Shown: positions 31,775-41,887, counted from the stretch's first letter. The stretch: 56,052 bases of DNA from Fibrobacterales bacterium (GCA_051532055.1 JAOPTX010000024.1:1-56052), one strand, 5' to 3'. The notes: generated from the letters alone by a model not told the origin. A program made the numbers and translations.

Positions 31775-31920
31775 TTCTCAACCTGAGTTATAGGGATACT
31801 TATAGTATAACTTTAGGAAAGGAAGGGGGCTATGGTCAAGGATGGAGCTACTTGAATAAGTCCTCACAAATTGTGATTGATGACGGTGTATTAAAAAGAG
31901 ACACTACAGAACTCTATACA

Positions 31921-31954
31921 AAGAAAGACCTCAATATACATTGAAGTCTTTCTT
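31921..31954. terminator. Intrinsic terminator-like hairpin downstream of gcvH-asd-smallORF
   Basis: aagaaagacctcaat...attgaagtctttctt inverted repeat. Confidence 0.6.
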
Positions 31955-31985
31955 TTAAAACAAATATATTATCAGGTGTTCTGTA

Positions 31986-32162
31986 TTATAGCTTATCCTC
32001 TTTAATGCTTTCTTTTACCTCGCCAAACTTATTCAGAAGGTATGACTCAACAAAGCTCACTGTTTTATCAAGACGTTTTTCCAATTTATTGAATTGGAAA
32101 AAGATCACCATAAAAAAGAGTGAGAATGCAAAGAGAAGAACGATACTGATAAATATAATCAC
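31986..32162 (-). CDS. Small single-TM protein (58 aa), not in the ORF track
   Basis: GTG overlaps the asd TAG; MIIFISIVLLFAFSLFFMVIFFQFNKLEKRLDKTV...KEDKL; ends just before the terminator. Confidence 0.6.
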   Translation of the reverse strand: MIIFISIVLLFAFSLFFMVIFFQFNKLEKRLDKTVSFVESYLLNKFGEVKESIKEDKL

Positions 32163-33154
32163 TACAGTTTCTCCGCGATTTGAATTGCATTGAGCGCAGC
32201 ACCTTTACGGACCTGATCGCCAACAATCCAGATGTCATAAGTATTTTCAAGAGAAACATCTTTACGAACGCGACCAGCAAAGACAGGGTCTTTATCGGTT
32301 ACGTCGATAGGCATAGGCCAACGATTTTCTGCACGGTTTTCAAATACTTCAACACCTTCAGCTTCATTAAGTACGCCATATATTTCTTCAACCGTTACTG
32401 GCTTATCAAATTGAACATTGAGCGCTTCAGAATGTGCTCTGAGTACTGGTACACGAACACTGGTACAGGTCACATTAAACGATTCGTCATTTAAAATTTT
32501 CTTAGACTCTTTAACCATTTTCCATTCTTCTTCACAATAGCCATTCTCTTGCATGGGTGAGTTATGAGGAAAAAGATTAAATGCGTATTGATGAGGAATT
32601 ACTGAACGCTCATACTCATTACCTTCGGCAAGTGCTTTTGCTTCATCACGGAGCTCTTCCATGGCGATGGCACCAGCACCAGATGCTGATTGATACGTTG
32701 TGGTTACACAGCGCTTGACACCAAATTTTCTATGGAGTGGTGCAAGAGCAACAAGCATAAGAATAGTGGTACAATTTGGATTGGCAATAATGCCATTATG
32801 GTCTGCAATCGCTTCGGGGTTTACTTCAGGTACTACAAGTGGAACCGTAGGATCCATGCGGTAAAACGAAGTATTGTCTACAACAACAGCACCGGCTTTA
32901 ACTGCAGAGGGGCAAAACTCTTTAGAGATTGAACCACCAGCAGATGAGAGCACAATATCGATACCTTCAAATGAGTCGTGGGTGAGTTCTTCCATCGTGT
33001 ATTCCGTGCCCATGAAGGTTATCTTCTTTCCTGCACTGCGTTTACTTACGAGGAGCTTCAACGTCTTGAAGGGGAAGTTCCGTTCTTCAATTAGTTTTAG
33101 TAACTCTTGCCCAACTGCGCCACTGGCGCCCATGATAGCGATATTTTTACTCAC
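32162..33154 (-). CDS. asd: Aspartate-semialdehyde dehydrogenase
   Basis: GASGAVG, ANPNCTT, TYQSASGAG, RVPVLRAHSE, RKGAALNAIQIAE. Confidence 0.97.
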   Translation of the reverse strand: MSKNIAIMGASGAVGQELLKLIEERNFPFKTLKLLVSKRSAGKKITFMGTEYTMEELTHDSFEGIDIVLSSAGGSISKEFCPSAVKAGAVVVDNTSFYRMDPTVPLVVPEVNPEAIADHNGIIANPNCTTILMLVALAPLHRKFGVKRCVTTTYQSASGAGAIAMEELRDEAKALAEGNEYERSVIPHQYAFNLFPHNSPMQENGYCEEEWKMVKESKKILNDESFNVTCTSVRVPVLRAHSEALNVQFDKPVTVEEIYGVLNEAEGVEVFENRAENRWPMPIDVTDKDPVFAGRVRKDVSLENTYDIWIVGDQVRKGAALNAIQIAEKL

Positions 33155-33179
33155 TGTATAACCTTTCTATTGTGTGTGA

Positions 33180-33560
33180 TTAGCTTATGTGGTTTTTATA
33201 ATCCTCTGCAGACATAAGCTCTTCTAGCTCTGCAGGGTTAGAAATTTTAATTTTTACAATCCAGCCATCTCCGTAAGGAGCAGTGTTCATTGATTCAGCT
33301 CTGTCAGCAAGTGCTTCATTAGCTTCAACAACGGTTCCGTTTACTGGGCAATAGATGTCTGCAACAGTTTTAACTGCTTCAATAGTTCCAATGCTGTCAC
33401 CCTTACTTACTTCGTCATCAACTTCTGGCAACTCAACAAAAATAATGTCACCCAGTTCACTCTGTGCATGGTCTGTTACTCCAATAGTAACAACATCACC
33501 TTCAACGAGCACCCATTCGTGATCTTCGGAATATTTTAATCCATCTCTAATTTCAGACAT
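33180..33560 (-). CDS. gcvH: Glycine cleavage system H protein
   Basis: HEWV, GVTDHAQSELGDIIFVELP, lipoyl-lysine IEAVK, PYGDGW. Confidence 0.96.
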   Translation of the reverse strand: MSEIRDGLKYSEDHEWVLVEGDVVTIGVTDHAQSELGDIIFVELPEVDDEVSKGDSIGTIEAVKTVADIYCPVNGTVVEANEALADRAESMNTAPYGDGWIVKIKISNPAELEELMSAEDYKNHIS

Positions 33561-33762
33561 TCTATCTCCTATAGTAAGGGAAAACCTTGAATTTGGTCAA
33601 AATATACTTAATTCACCTATTGTTTCGGTTTCTGAAAGGTTTCAAATACAAATTCGAGATAAAAAAACAAGTATTTCAGTTTTTTTTGTTTTTTTATTTG
33701 CTTTATTACAAAAATGTGTGGTAGTCTGAGTGTACATAAAAAATATTCAATGCGAGGTAAGT

Positions 33763-35112
33763 ATGAAAATGTTATGGAAAGCCGGAATTGTGGGGGCGCT
33801 GATACTCGGTGTGACTACAACGTGGGCACAGGATGATAAATTTAAAGTGTATGGTTTTGCGGACTTTACCTTTAGTCAATGGATGGATTTATCAGATTCA
33901 TCATTTCTGAATGCATTTGGTGAAAAAGCACCTAGTGCAACATTGGGTAATGTTAATCTTTATTTTGATATGAAACCAAACGATTTTACTCGGGCATTTG
34001 TTGAAGTTAATATGAATACAACAGTGTTTAACAAAGGTGAAACGGGTCGTGTTGATACAAGAGTTAAAGTTGAACTTCCTGATGGAACTCCTGTAGCGCC
34101 AGAAGACCTTACAAAAGGCACTGGGACAGATACACGAGGATCAACAACAGGTGGGATCCTGTTAGAACGGGCATGGTTTGACCTCTTTTTACTGGAGCAA
34201 GTTAATTTAAGAGTTGGTAAATTTATAACACCTGCAGGTATTTGGAATGTAGATCATGGGTCACCAATAATTACCCCAGTCTCTCAACCAAATCAAACAA
34301 GCTTTTTTGCCATTTTTCCAGAAGCGCAAGCAGGGCTTATGGTGTATGGTGCAAAATATATAGGCGATCATGAATTGTCATATAATGTGTATACATCTGC
34401 AGGCAGGAACGATACCAAAAGTATTGTTGGCGAAGCAGAAATACAAGAAATGGAAAAACTATCAGACCTCGCATTTGGTGGTCATGTTGCTTTTGCTGCA
34501 GAAGAAATTATTGATCAATTAAAAGTAGGGGCAAGTGCATATACCGGTGTTTTGCAAGATGAAACAAGAATCTTGGAAAATGTAGTTACTGTAGATGCAA
34601 CGAACCCTACTGGGGCTCCATTGATTAGACAATATTACTATGATGATGTTAACTATGCACTACGTGAATTTTGCTACGGTATTGATTTGAAAGCAAGTCA
34701 CATGAATGTTAATTTTCAATCTGAAGTGAATATGAGAAAAGTTGAAGTTGAGACAGGTACAAACCCTGGTAAATCGACAGATTTTCTTGGGTATTATTTC
34801 TTACTCTCTTATGATGTTGCACTTCTGGATTATTTGAGTGTTACACCATATGCCATGTGGGAACATATTGGTTGGGAGGAGCCACAAAATACTCCTGAAT
34901 TTATAGGCTTACATACTACTCCAATTGCAGGGTGGGATCAATACATCATGGGGCTTAATTTTGCACTCCATACTAATTATCATGTAAAAATTGAATATGC
35001 ATTAGGTAGCCTTGAAGAAACAGATGTTGCCACTGTTGCAGAGGCGGCTGTGTTTGATAGTGACGATATGGATTTTTCAGTTTTTCAAATTCAATTCTCA
35101 ATGGCATTCTAA
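33763..35112 (+). CDS. Outer-membrane beta-barrel porin
   Basis: Signal peptide; VYGFAD, LERAW, RVGKF.TP.GIWN; terminal Phe (QFSMAF). Confidence 0.78.
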   Translation: MKMLWKAGIVGALILGVTTTWAQDDKFKVYGFADFTFSQWMDLSDSSFLNAFGEKAPSATLGNVNLYFDMKPNDFTRAFVEVNMNTTVFNKGETGRVDTRVKVELPDGTPVAPEDLTKGTGTDTRGSTTGGILLERAWFDLFLLEQVNLRVGKFITPAGIWNVDHGSPIITPVSQPNQTSFFAIFPEAQAGLMVYGAKYIGDHELSYNVYTSAGRNDTKSIVGEAEIQEMEKLSDLAFGGHVAFAAEEIIDQLKVGASAYTGVLQDETRILENVVTVDATNPTGAPLIRQYYYDDVNYALREFCYGIDLKASHMNVNFQSEVNMRKVEVETGTNPGKSTDFLGYYFLLSYDVALLDYLSVTPYAMWEHIGWEEPQNTPEFIGLHTTPIAGWDQYIMGLNFALHTNYHVKIEYALGSLEETDVATVAEAAVFDSDDMDFSVFQIQFSMAF

Positions 35113-35124
35113 GGAGGTCCTACA

Positions 35125-35547
35125 ATGAAATTTTCAATACTTAAAAAATCATTAGTTATCTGTTCATTGTCTATCGGTATGTTATTTGCAGGTGATTATG
35201 TAGTAATTGTTAATCCCGCAAATGGACTTTCTTCAATAGATAAGGGTGAACTCAAAAGGATTTTTACCGGCAAGGTTAAAAAAATTGATGGCAAAAAAGT
35301 TGTACCTGTCAATATGAATTATGACACGCCAACTGCGGCAGCCTTTTTACCGGAGGTTACCGGTAAAGATGTTGGTAAATACAAAAAATTCTGGGTTGAA
35401 CAGATGATTAAGGGTAAAGGTACTGCCCCTATGATTAAAGCAAACGTAGCTGGGGTAAAAGCGATTGTATCGCAAATTCCTGGTGCGGTAGGGTATATAC
35501 CTGCAGCTGATGTTGATGCTACCGTCAAGAAGATTGATGTAAAATAG
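35125..35547 (+). CDS. Small secreted PstS-like (half substrate-binding) protein
   Basis: Signal peptide; VIVNPAN...ELKRIFTGK...PGAVGYI. Confidence 0.8.
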   Translation: MKFSILKKSLVICSLSIGMLFAGDYVVIVNPANGLSSIDKGELKRIFTGKVKKIDGKKVVPVNMNYDTPTAAAFLPEVTGKDVGKYKKFWVEQMIKGKGTAPMIKANVAGVKAIVSQIPGAVGYIPAADVDATVKKIDVK

Positions 35548-35566
35548 TCGTTCTTCTAAAAGATTT

Positions 35567-35594
35567 AAAACGCCCTCTTTTGAGGGCGTTTTTT
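35567..35594 (+). terminator. Intrinsic terminator
   Basis: aaaacgccctc-tttt-gagggcgtttt followed by Ts. Confidence 0.85.
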
Positions 35595-35725
35595 GTTTTA
35601 ATTGAGTGTGTATGTATAAGAGTCTCGCTGGTAAATTTGATAATGAAAGTTGATTTTTGAAATAAGTTGGCAAAATAAGTGAATTTTTGAGATAATCATT
35701 AAGAGAAGAAATAAGGGAACGTCCC

Positions 35726-37333
35726 ATGAAAAACATGTCTATTACGAAACGGTTTATTTTTATATCCATACCACTTGTGTCCATTATGGTTATTATAGCG
35801 GGTATTATTGTGGGAATGCAGTCTAAAGAACGTATTGAAACGACAAGTCAGAAGCAAGAAGAGGCAATCAAAACTACGCTCGAACAGAAGGGTGAGTTCC
35901 TCAAAAATTTTATATCTAAAGTGACCCCCGATGCGATGTTATCCCAAGATCTCTATGTACTCAAGGTCTATGGTGAAGAGTTGCTTAAAGACCCTGAAGT
36001 TGCAACGGTTGAGTATCTTGATGGGTCTGATAATGACCTTTTTAAACTGGGTAATGATGTACCTGAGATGAAAGTGTACACTGCTGATATTATTACTGAC
36101 AAAGAGCGCCTGGGTATTGAGAAAAAGGTTGGGGTGATTAAAATTGGAATTGATAAATCTAAGCTCTCAAAAACAATAGCTCAAAATAAATTAATTCTTG
36201 ATGAAGCGTCATCAAATGTACTTGTGTTCATGATTGGCTTTGTCGTTATTATGAATGTACTAATCGCACTTATTATTGTTATCACGCTCAAGAAAGTTGT
36301 GATTGAACCTATAAATACGGTTACGAGTAAAATTAAAGATATTGCAGAGGGTGACGGTGATTTACGAAGCCGATTAAATTTTGATTCACTGAATGAGATC
36401 GGTGTCATGGCAGGATACTTTGATAAATTCCTCGATAAGCTTCAATCAATTATTAGAGAACTTGCTGAAACGGCAGAGCATGTTACTGGGGCGTCTAAAG
36501 AACAAGTAGATATCTCGGCTAAAATTGCAATTAATAGTGAAAGTGTCGCCCAGCAATCGGGTACTGTTGCAACAAATGCTGAAGAGGTGACTGCGCGTAT
36601 TAATCTTGTGTCACAAAGTGCTGAAGGGGTATCATCTGCAGTAAATACCGTTGCAGCGGCCATTGGCGAAATGAGTTCATCACTCACTGAGGTTGCGGCT
36701 AATTGTCAAAAAGAATCACAAATTGCAGACGAGGCTAATAGACAATCAAAATCAACCCGTGAGATGATGAGTAAATTGGGTGTTGCCGCTCAAGAGATTG
36801 GCAAAGTTATTGAAGTAATTAATGATATTGCAGAGCAAACAAATCTTCTGGCTCTGAATGCGACTATTGAAGCTGCCTCTGCTGGTGATGCAGGTAAAGG
36901 GTTTGCTGTAGTGGCCAGTGAAGTGAAGGCTCTTGCTAAACAGACTGCTGATGCGACAGGTGAGATAGGTAAACAGATCGAAAATATGCAGTCAATCACC
37001 AATGATGCGGTGGTAGATATTGAAAAAATTAATCAGGTGATTGAAGAGGTAAATTCAATTTCACAAACCATTGTAGCTGCTGTTGAAGAGCAGTCTGCAA
37101 CGGTAAGTGAGATTTCTTCTACCGTTGGTGACGCAGGGCAATCTTCAACCGAAATCGCTAATTCGGTGCAAGATGCTGCGAAGGGACTTGCAGAGGTTGC
37201 GACAAATATTAATGGAGTCAATGAAGGTATCACAGAGGCTTCCAATGGTATTGTCACGGTGAGCGAAGGGGCTACGATGCTTGAACGTTTGGCTGGCGAT
37301 ATGAGTAAAATTGTCGGTCAATTTAAAGTGTGA
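35726..37333 (+). CDS. Methyl-accepting chemotaxis protein (2 TM, HAMP)
   Basis: [37 protein letters not shown]. Confidence 0.96.
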   Translation: MKNMSITKRFIFISIPLVSIMVIIAGIIVGMQSKERIETTSQKQEEAIKTTLEQKGEFLKNFISKVTPDAMLSQDLYVLKVYGEELLKDPEVATVEYLDGSDNDLFKLGNDVPEMKVYTADIITDKERLGIEKKVGVIKIGIDKSKLSKTIAQNKLILDEASSNVLVFMIGFVVIMNVLIALIIVITLKKVVIEPINTVTSKIKDIAEGDGDLRSRLNFDSLNEIGVMAGYFDKFLDKLQSIIRELAETAEHVTGASKEQVDISAKIAINSESVAQQSGTVATNAEEVTARINLVSQSAEGVSSAVNTVAAAIGEMSSSLTEVAANCQKESQIADEANRQSKSTREMMSKLGVAAQEIGKVIEVINDIAEQTNLLALNATIEAASAGDAGKGFAVVASEVKALAKQTADATGEIGKQIENMQSITNDAVVDIEKINQVIEEVNSISQTIVAAVEEQSATVSEISSTVGDAGQSSTEIANSVQDAAKGLAEVATNINGVNEGITEASNGIVTVSEGATMLERLAGDMSKIVGQFKV

Positions 37334-37408
37334 TTTTCAATAGAAAATAGAGCATATGTATACGGATACTGATTCATAAAATGGAAATATAGAAAGCGCA
37401 CTGGGAGT

Positions 37409-38797
37409 CTAGTGCGCTTCTTCATTGAGGTCAATCCCAAGTTTTTTCATACGCCGCCAGAGTGTTGTTCGGTCGACCCCCAATACTTTGGCTGCTTGAC
37501 TCTTATTCCATCCTACCGATTTTAGAAGGTCAGTGAGCTCTTCTTTAGAAATGTTTTTAGCGCCACTCGTAAAGTAGGGGAGGTTTTGAAACGGTGCTGA
37601 TGTTGTTTTAACATACTCCGTTTTCCGGATCTCTACAGGGAGATCAAACAGCTCTATGGTGTCACTGGGGCAGATAATGAAGGCATGCTCTATGGCGTTT
37701 TCAAGCTCTCGAATGTTGCCAGGCCAATTATAATCCAGGAGGGTTGCCATAGCATCTTGTTTGAGGGCAGTAATGGTTTTGTTGGTAGATGCTGAATATT
37801 TTTTCAGAAAGTGCTCTATGAGGAGGGGGATGTCTTCTTTGCGTTCTCTCAGTGCTGGGATGTGGATGGGGAAAACTTTAAGTCGGTAGTAGAGATCCTC
37901 TCGAAATTCGCCACTGTGTACTAATTGCTTAAGATCGCGATGGGTCGCAACGAGGATCCGTACATTAGATCGTCTTGTTCGATTTTCTCCTATACGCTCA
38001 AATTCCTTTTCTTGTATGAATCGAAGAAGTTTTACCTGAAGGTGGGGAGAAAGTTCTCCAATTTCATCGAGAAAGAGGGTTCCGTTGTGTGCTAATTCAA
38101 ATCGACCTATTTTGTCACTAGATGCGCCGGTGAAAGCCCCTTTTACATGTCCAAAGAGTTCAGACTCGAGAAGGTTTTCTGGTAGCGCAGCACAATTTAC
38201 TTTCACAATGGCTTCAGTGCTTCTGGGGCTTGCACCATGGATGGCATTTACTACTTGTTCTTTACCCGTGCCCGTTTCACCGGTTATGAGAATAGTTGCA
38301 TTGGATTGAGCAGCATGCTTTGACGCTTCAAATATTTGTTGCATGCTGTGGCTTTTTCCCACGACAGGTCCAAACTGCTTCTGTTTGTCTCGGCTTTCTT
38401 CAAGTTCAGCAACTCTATGTTCTGTAAGCTTCAATTGCGATATATCTGTTATGGTTTCGACCACCGCAATGGCTTCATCTTGTTCGTTGTAAATGGTTTT
38501 GGTGTTTTTAAGGATAGGGCGTGTTGTGCCGTTTTTATGTTTCAAAGTACATTCGCGAGCGGTGAGGGTATCGTGTTTTTGTGCCATACAGCGCTCACCT
38601 TTTTTACAGTTGCAGTTCATCAATTGATGACACGGTGTGGTCATGAGCTCTTGTTTCGTGTAGCCGGTTAATTCAAGCATCGCATTGTTGCAGTATTGAA
38701 TGGTGTGTTGGGTGTCAATGATAATGACCCCTTCCGCAATGGTTTGAAGAATATTGTAATAGAAGCTTTGCTGTGTGATGTAGTTCTTTAAACTCAT
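37409..38797 (-). CDS. Sigma54-dependent activator (Cys-rich PAS, AAA+, Fis-type HTH)
   Basis: GETGTGKE, ESELFGHVKGAFTGA, FLDEIG, WPGNIREL, C-terminal HTH. Confidence 0.95.
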   Translation of the reverse strand: MSLKNYITQQSFYYNILQTIAEGVIIIDTQHTIQYCNNAMLELTGYTKQELMTTPCHQLMNCNCKKGERCMAQKHDTLTARECTLKHKNGTTRPILKNTKTIYNEQDEAIAVVETITDISQLKLTEHRVAELEESRDKQKQFGPVVGKSHSMQQIFEASKHAAQSNATILITGETGTGKEQVVNAIHGASPRSTEAIVKVNCAALPENLLESELFGHVKGAFTGASSDKIGRFELAHNGTLFLDEIGELSPHLQVKLLRFIQEKEFERIGENRTRRSNVRILVATHRDLKQLVHSGEFREDLYYRLKVFPIHIPALRERKEDIPLLIEHFLKKYSASTNKTITALKQDAMATLLDYNWPGNIRELENAIEHAFIICPSDTIELFDLPVEIRKTEYVKTTSAPFQNLPYFTSGAKNISKEELTDLLKSVGWNKSQAAKVLGVDRTTLWRRMKKLGIDLNEEAH

Positions 38798-38850
38798 GGT
38801 ATCATATCTAATTAATCGCTGTACTAATAATATACAAAATTACGATACCT

Positions 38851-38913
38851 GTCGTTGCATTGCAACGTTGCAATGTTGCGTTATTACATGTTTGAGTGTT
38901 GCATTGTGTTGCG
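38851..38913. promoter_or_regulatory. Putative enhancer (UAS) cluster of GTTGC repeats/palindromes
   Basis: gttgcattgcaac and ttgcaacgttgcaa palindromes; five GTTGC copies 75-135 bp upstream of the -24/-12 element. Confidence 0.6.
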
Positions 38914-38984
38914 ATTTAGTTTTTTCAACTATGTAATATAGTGTAAATTGAGCTGTTTTGGTATCATTACAGTTATTAAGACTG

Positions 38985-39001
38985 TTGGCATGGGCTTTGC
39001 A
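38985..39001 (+). promoter_or_regulatory. Sigma54 -24/-12 promoter
   Basis: TTGGCATGGGCTTTGCA has exact GG-N10-GC spacing, upstream of the peroxiredoxin gene. Confidence 0.85.
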
Positions 39002-39049
39002 TTAGTGTTAGGCAGAATGACAAACACATAAATTTAAAAAGGATTCATT

Positions 39050-39637
39050 ATGTCAGTATTAGTAGGAAAGCCAGCACCAGATTTTACCGCAGCAGCAGTT
39101 CTTAACGGAAACGAAATTGTAGATGCATTTACACTTTCAACTGAGATTAAAGATAGCTATGCCGTAGTATTCTTTTACCCACTTGATTTTACATTTGTAT
39201 GTCCAACAGAGATGCATGCATTTCAAGAAAAACTCTCAGCTTTTGAAGAGCGTGGCGTAAAAATTATCGCAGTATCAGTTGATTCTCAATTTTCGCATTT
39301 TAACTGGCTTACTACGCCAAAATCTAAAGGTGGAATCGAAGGGGTAACATATCCTATCGTAGCTGACCTTAATAAAACAATCACTCGTGATTATGATGTT
39401 GAAGTTGAAGGTGCTGGTATTGCATACCGTGGCGCTTTCGTCATTGATAAAAATGGTGTTGTTCGTTCACAAGTAGTTAATGACTTACCACTTGGTCGTA
39501 ACATCGACGAACTTATTCGTCTTATTGATGCACTACAATTCACCGAAGAGCATGGCGAAGTGTGTCCTGCAAACTGGGAGAAAGGTGATAAATCAATGAA
39601 AGCTACTCAAGATGGACTAACTGAGTACTTTGGATAA
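39050..39637 (+). CDS. ahpC: 2-Cys peroxiredoxin (AhpC/Prx1)
   Basis: FYPLDFTFVCPTE, GEVCPANW. Confidence 0.95.
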   Translation: MSVLVGKPAPDFTAAAVLNGNEIVDAFTLSTEIKDSYAVVFFYPLDFTFVCPTEMHAFQEKLSAFEERGVKIIAVSVDSQFSHFNWLTTPKSKGGIEGVTYPIVADLNKTITRDYDVEVEGAGIAYRGAFVIDKNGVVRSQVVNDLPLGRNIDELIRLIDALQFTEEHGEVCPANWEKGDKSMKATQDGLTEYFG

Positions 39638-39697
39638 TTGAGCTAAGGTATTGCTGTGGGGGAAGCCCCCTACAGTAATACTTATTGAGGAACATCT

Positions 39698-40006
39698 ATG
39701 GTAAATGAATTAACAGCAACCGCATTTGATGAAGCAATAGCTTCGGCTGATGGTCCGGTGCTTATAGATTTTTGGGCAGCATGGTGTGGTCCATGTAGAA
39801 TGCTTGGAACAATCCTTAACGAGCTGTCAGATGATGATTCAGTTACCGGAACTTTTTATAAAGTGAATGCTGATGAAAATCCTGGACTCGTGGATAAATA
39901 TTCCATAACATCACTACCAACGGTAATGATATTTGAAAACGGAACACTAAAAAATAGTATCGTAGGGGTTCGTCCTCTCAACGTATATAAAGAGTTGTTG
40001 TTGTAA
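39698..40006 (+). CDS. trxA: Thioredoxin
   Basis: DFWAAWCGPC. Confidence 0.92.
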   Translation: MVNELTATAFDEAIASADGPVLIDFWAAWCGPCRMLGTILNELSDDDSVTGTFYKVNADENPGLVDKYSITSLPTVMIFENGTLKNSIVGVRPLNVYKELLL

Positions 40007-40020
40007 AGAAAGGATAAAAT

Positions 40021-40461
40021 ATGATTGAGAATAGTATCCTCGTTCTGTTGGGAACGTTGGGAGATCTTACCCATAAAAAACTATTCCCTGTCCTCAACTC
40101 TTTTTTTGTGCAGCAAAAGTTTCCCCAAAATTTTGTCCTCTTTGGTGGTGGCCTTTCGATTTTCTCGGATAAATCTAATAAAGAAACAGTAGATCACGGC
40201 TTAGTAGAAGACCATAAGCTGATGATAATTCCTGCCAGTATGGATTTTCACTATTCTGAATTAAAGAATACCTATATTCTTATTGTGTACGAGAAAATTA
40301 TTGATCCCATTATTCAAAATGTTAGTGAATGAGTACCTATGAATGGGTATGTGTTTTTCATGGGGGGGCATGCTGCTCATGAAATGATTAATCGCAGTGA
40401 GTTCGAGAATGGATCTCTGCAAAAAGTAGAAGGAGCAGGCAGTACCGTCTGTCGAGTATAA
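40021..40461 (+). pseudogene. zwf: Glucose-6-phosphate dehydrogenase remnant (large internal deletions, in-frame stop)
   Basis: N-terminal LLGTLGDLTHKKLFPVL joined to C-terminal-like MDFHY...YEKII/IDPII. A degraded tail continues past the TGA at 40330 to TAA at 40461, directly before pgl. Confidence 0.75.
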
Positions 40462-40462
40462 T

Positions 40463-41179
40463 ATGAGTACGACAAATGTTTTTGATACAGCATACGACCT
40501 CGCTTATGCGGCAGCAGAAGATATTTTAAAGCTTTCATTAGTGGGTGAGGAAAAACACATAGCTCTTTCGGGAGGAGCAACTCCTTTGCAGTTTTTTGAA
40601 GTACTTGCGGAAAACCCTTTTAATGATAAAGTACTGTGGAGTAATCTTCACTTTTGGTGGGTCGACGAGCGTTGTGTTGATCCTATGGATTCAGAAAGTA
40701 ATTTTGGACAATTCAAGCGGTTTCTCGCTGATAAAATCGGGCTCTTTCCGAGTAATATTCATGCTATTGACGGGAGTCACGACTCTATATTAGAAGTACA
40801 GGAGTATAACGAGCGTCTTGCAACTGAAGTTCCTCAGTCAAATGACCTCCCCTGTTTTGATCTCCTTTTTCTGGGCCTGGGGGATGATGGGCATACTGCA
40901 TCTCATTTTGAAAATAACGAAAATAACATTGTAAAAGAATGTGCCCTCACAACTCTAGTACAACATCCGGTGATAAAACAACGCCGAGTCACTATTAATA
41001 TGAACGTCATTAACAATAGTCGTCATATTGTTTTCCTGGTAACAGGTGCAAACAAAACCAAAATTCTTAGTCAAATACTTAAAGGAAGAGATACCTTATA
41101 TCCTGCGGGGCACGTAATTGCTCAAAATGGTATTCTTGATTGGTATGTCGATGAAGCGGCTTTTGGGAAAGAGGATTAA
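40463..41179 (+). CDS. pgl: 6-phosphogluconolactonase
   Basis: IALSGGATP, WVDERCV, ESNF, LGLGDDGHTAS. Confidence 0.92.
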   Translation: MSTTNVFDTAYDLAYAAAEDILKLSLVGEEKHIALSGGATPLQFFEVLAENPFNDKVLWSNLHFWWVDERCVDPMDSESNFGQFKRFLADKIGLFPSNIHAIDGSHDSILEVQEYNERLATEVPQSNDLPCFDLLFLGLGDDGHTASHFENNENNIVKECALTTLVQHPVIKQRRVTINMNVINNSRHIVFLVTGANKTKILSQILKGRDTLYPAGHVIAQNGILDWYVDEAAFGKED

Positions 41180-41401
41180 AATAGGTATTGGTGGTGTTGC
41201 GAGTAGCTCGCATACTCTGTAATACAAAGCACACCCCTCATTCAAAATAGCCTTTCATTTTGGGGAGCTCATACAACTTTGTATCAAAACCTCCATAAGT
41301 TGTAGCTATTTAACTATTTTTTATTCCAATCGTAGATACCATTGAGAAGTGGATCTATAGTGAAGAAATGTGAAGGGTCCCCAAAGGGATTAGGAGATAC
41401 A

Positions 41402-41887
41402 ATGTCGTACAGTATTACAGAAGTTTTAGAATTTGCACTTGCTATTGAAGAGACTGGCTATGACTTTTATGTTGCCCAGGCAGAAAAAACTACTAATCCT
41501 GAAGTGAAAAGTCTTTTTGAGCGCCTCGCACGAGATGAGGCTCAGCATAAGAAAGGCTTTAAAAAGATACTCAATGAAGTTGCGGGTCGTATTTCTGATG
41601 AAGGGCAATTCGGGGAAGAGTATTTTCAGTATATTAAAATGCTTGTTAAAGACATGGGCTTTAAACATGATAAATTTAATCGGGATGTCAAAACCTCTGA
41701 CAATATTCTCGATGTTGTACTTTATGCCATGAATCGTGAAAAAGACACCGTGCAGTATTATACAGAGCTCAAAACATTGGTTTCTGAGCAAGATCAGGTA
41801 ACGGTTGACCGCCTTATTGAAGAGGAAAAAGAGCATTTCTCGACCCTTTTTAAGATTTACGAGAACTTAGAGGCCAAAAAAGCTTAA
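41402..41887 (+). CDS. Ferritin-like/rubrerythrin-family di-iron protein
   Basis: A.AIEE.GYDFY, DEAQH, EKDTVQYY, EEKEH; AGGAG RBS before MSYSITE. Confidence 0.87.
   Translation: MSYSITEVLEFALAIEETGYDFYVAQAEKTTNPEVKSLFERLARDEAQHKKGFKKILNEVAGRISDEGQFGEEYFQYIKMLVKDMGFKHDKFNRDVKTSDNILDVVLYAMNREKDTVQYYTELKTLVSEQDQVTVDRLIEEEKEHFSTLFKIYENLEAKKA

Noticed and set aside
35667..35684. Sigma54 promoter upstream of the MCP gene
   Set aside because: TTGGCA is present but the -12 position reads GA rather than GC.
40330..40332. Selenocysteine or readthrough at the TGA in the zwf remnant
   Set aside because: The surrounding gene is heavily deleted and degenerate, so pseudogenisation is the simpler explanation.
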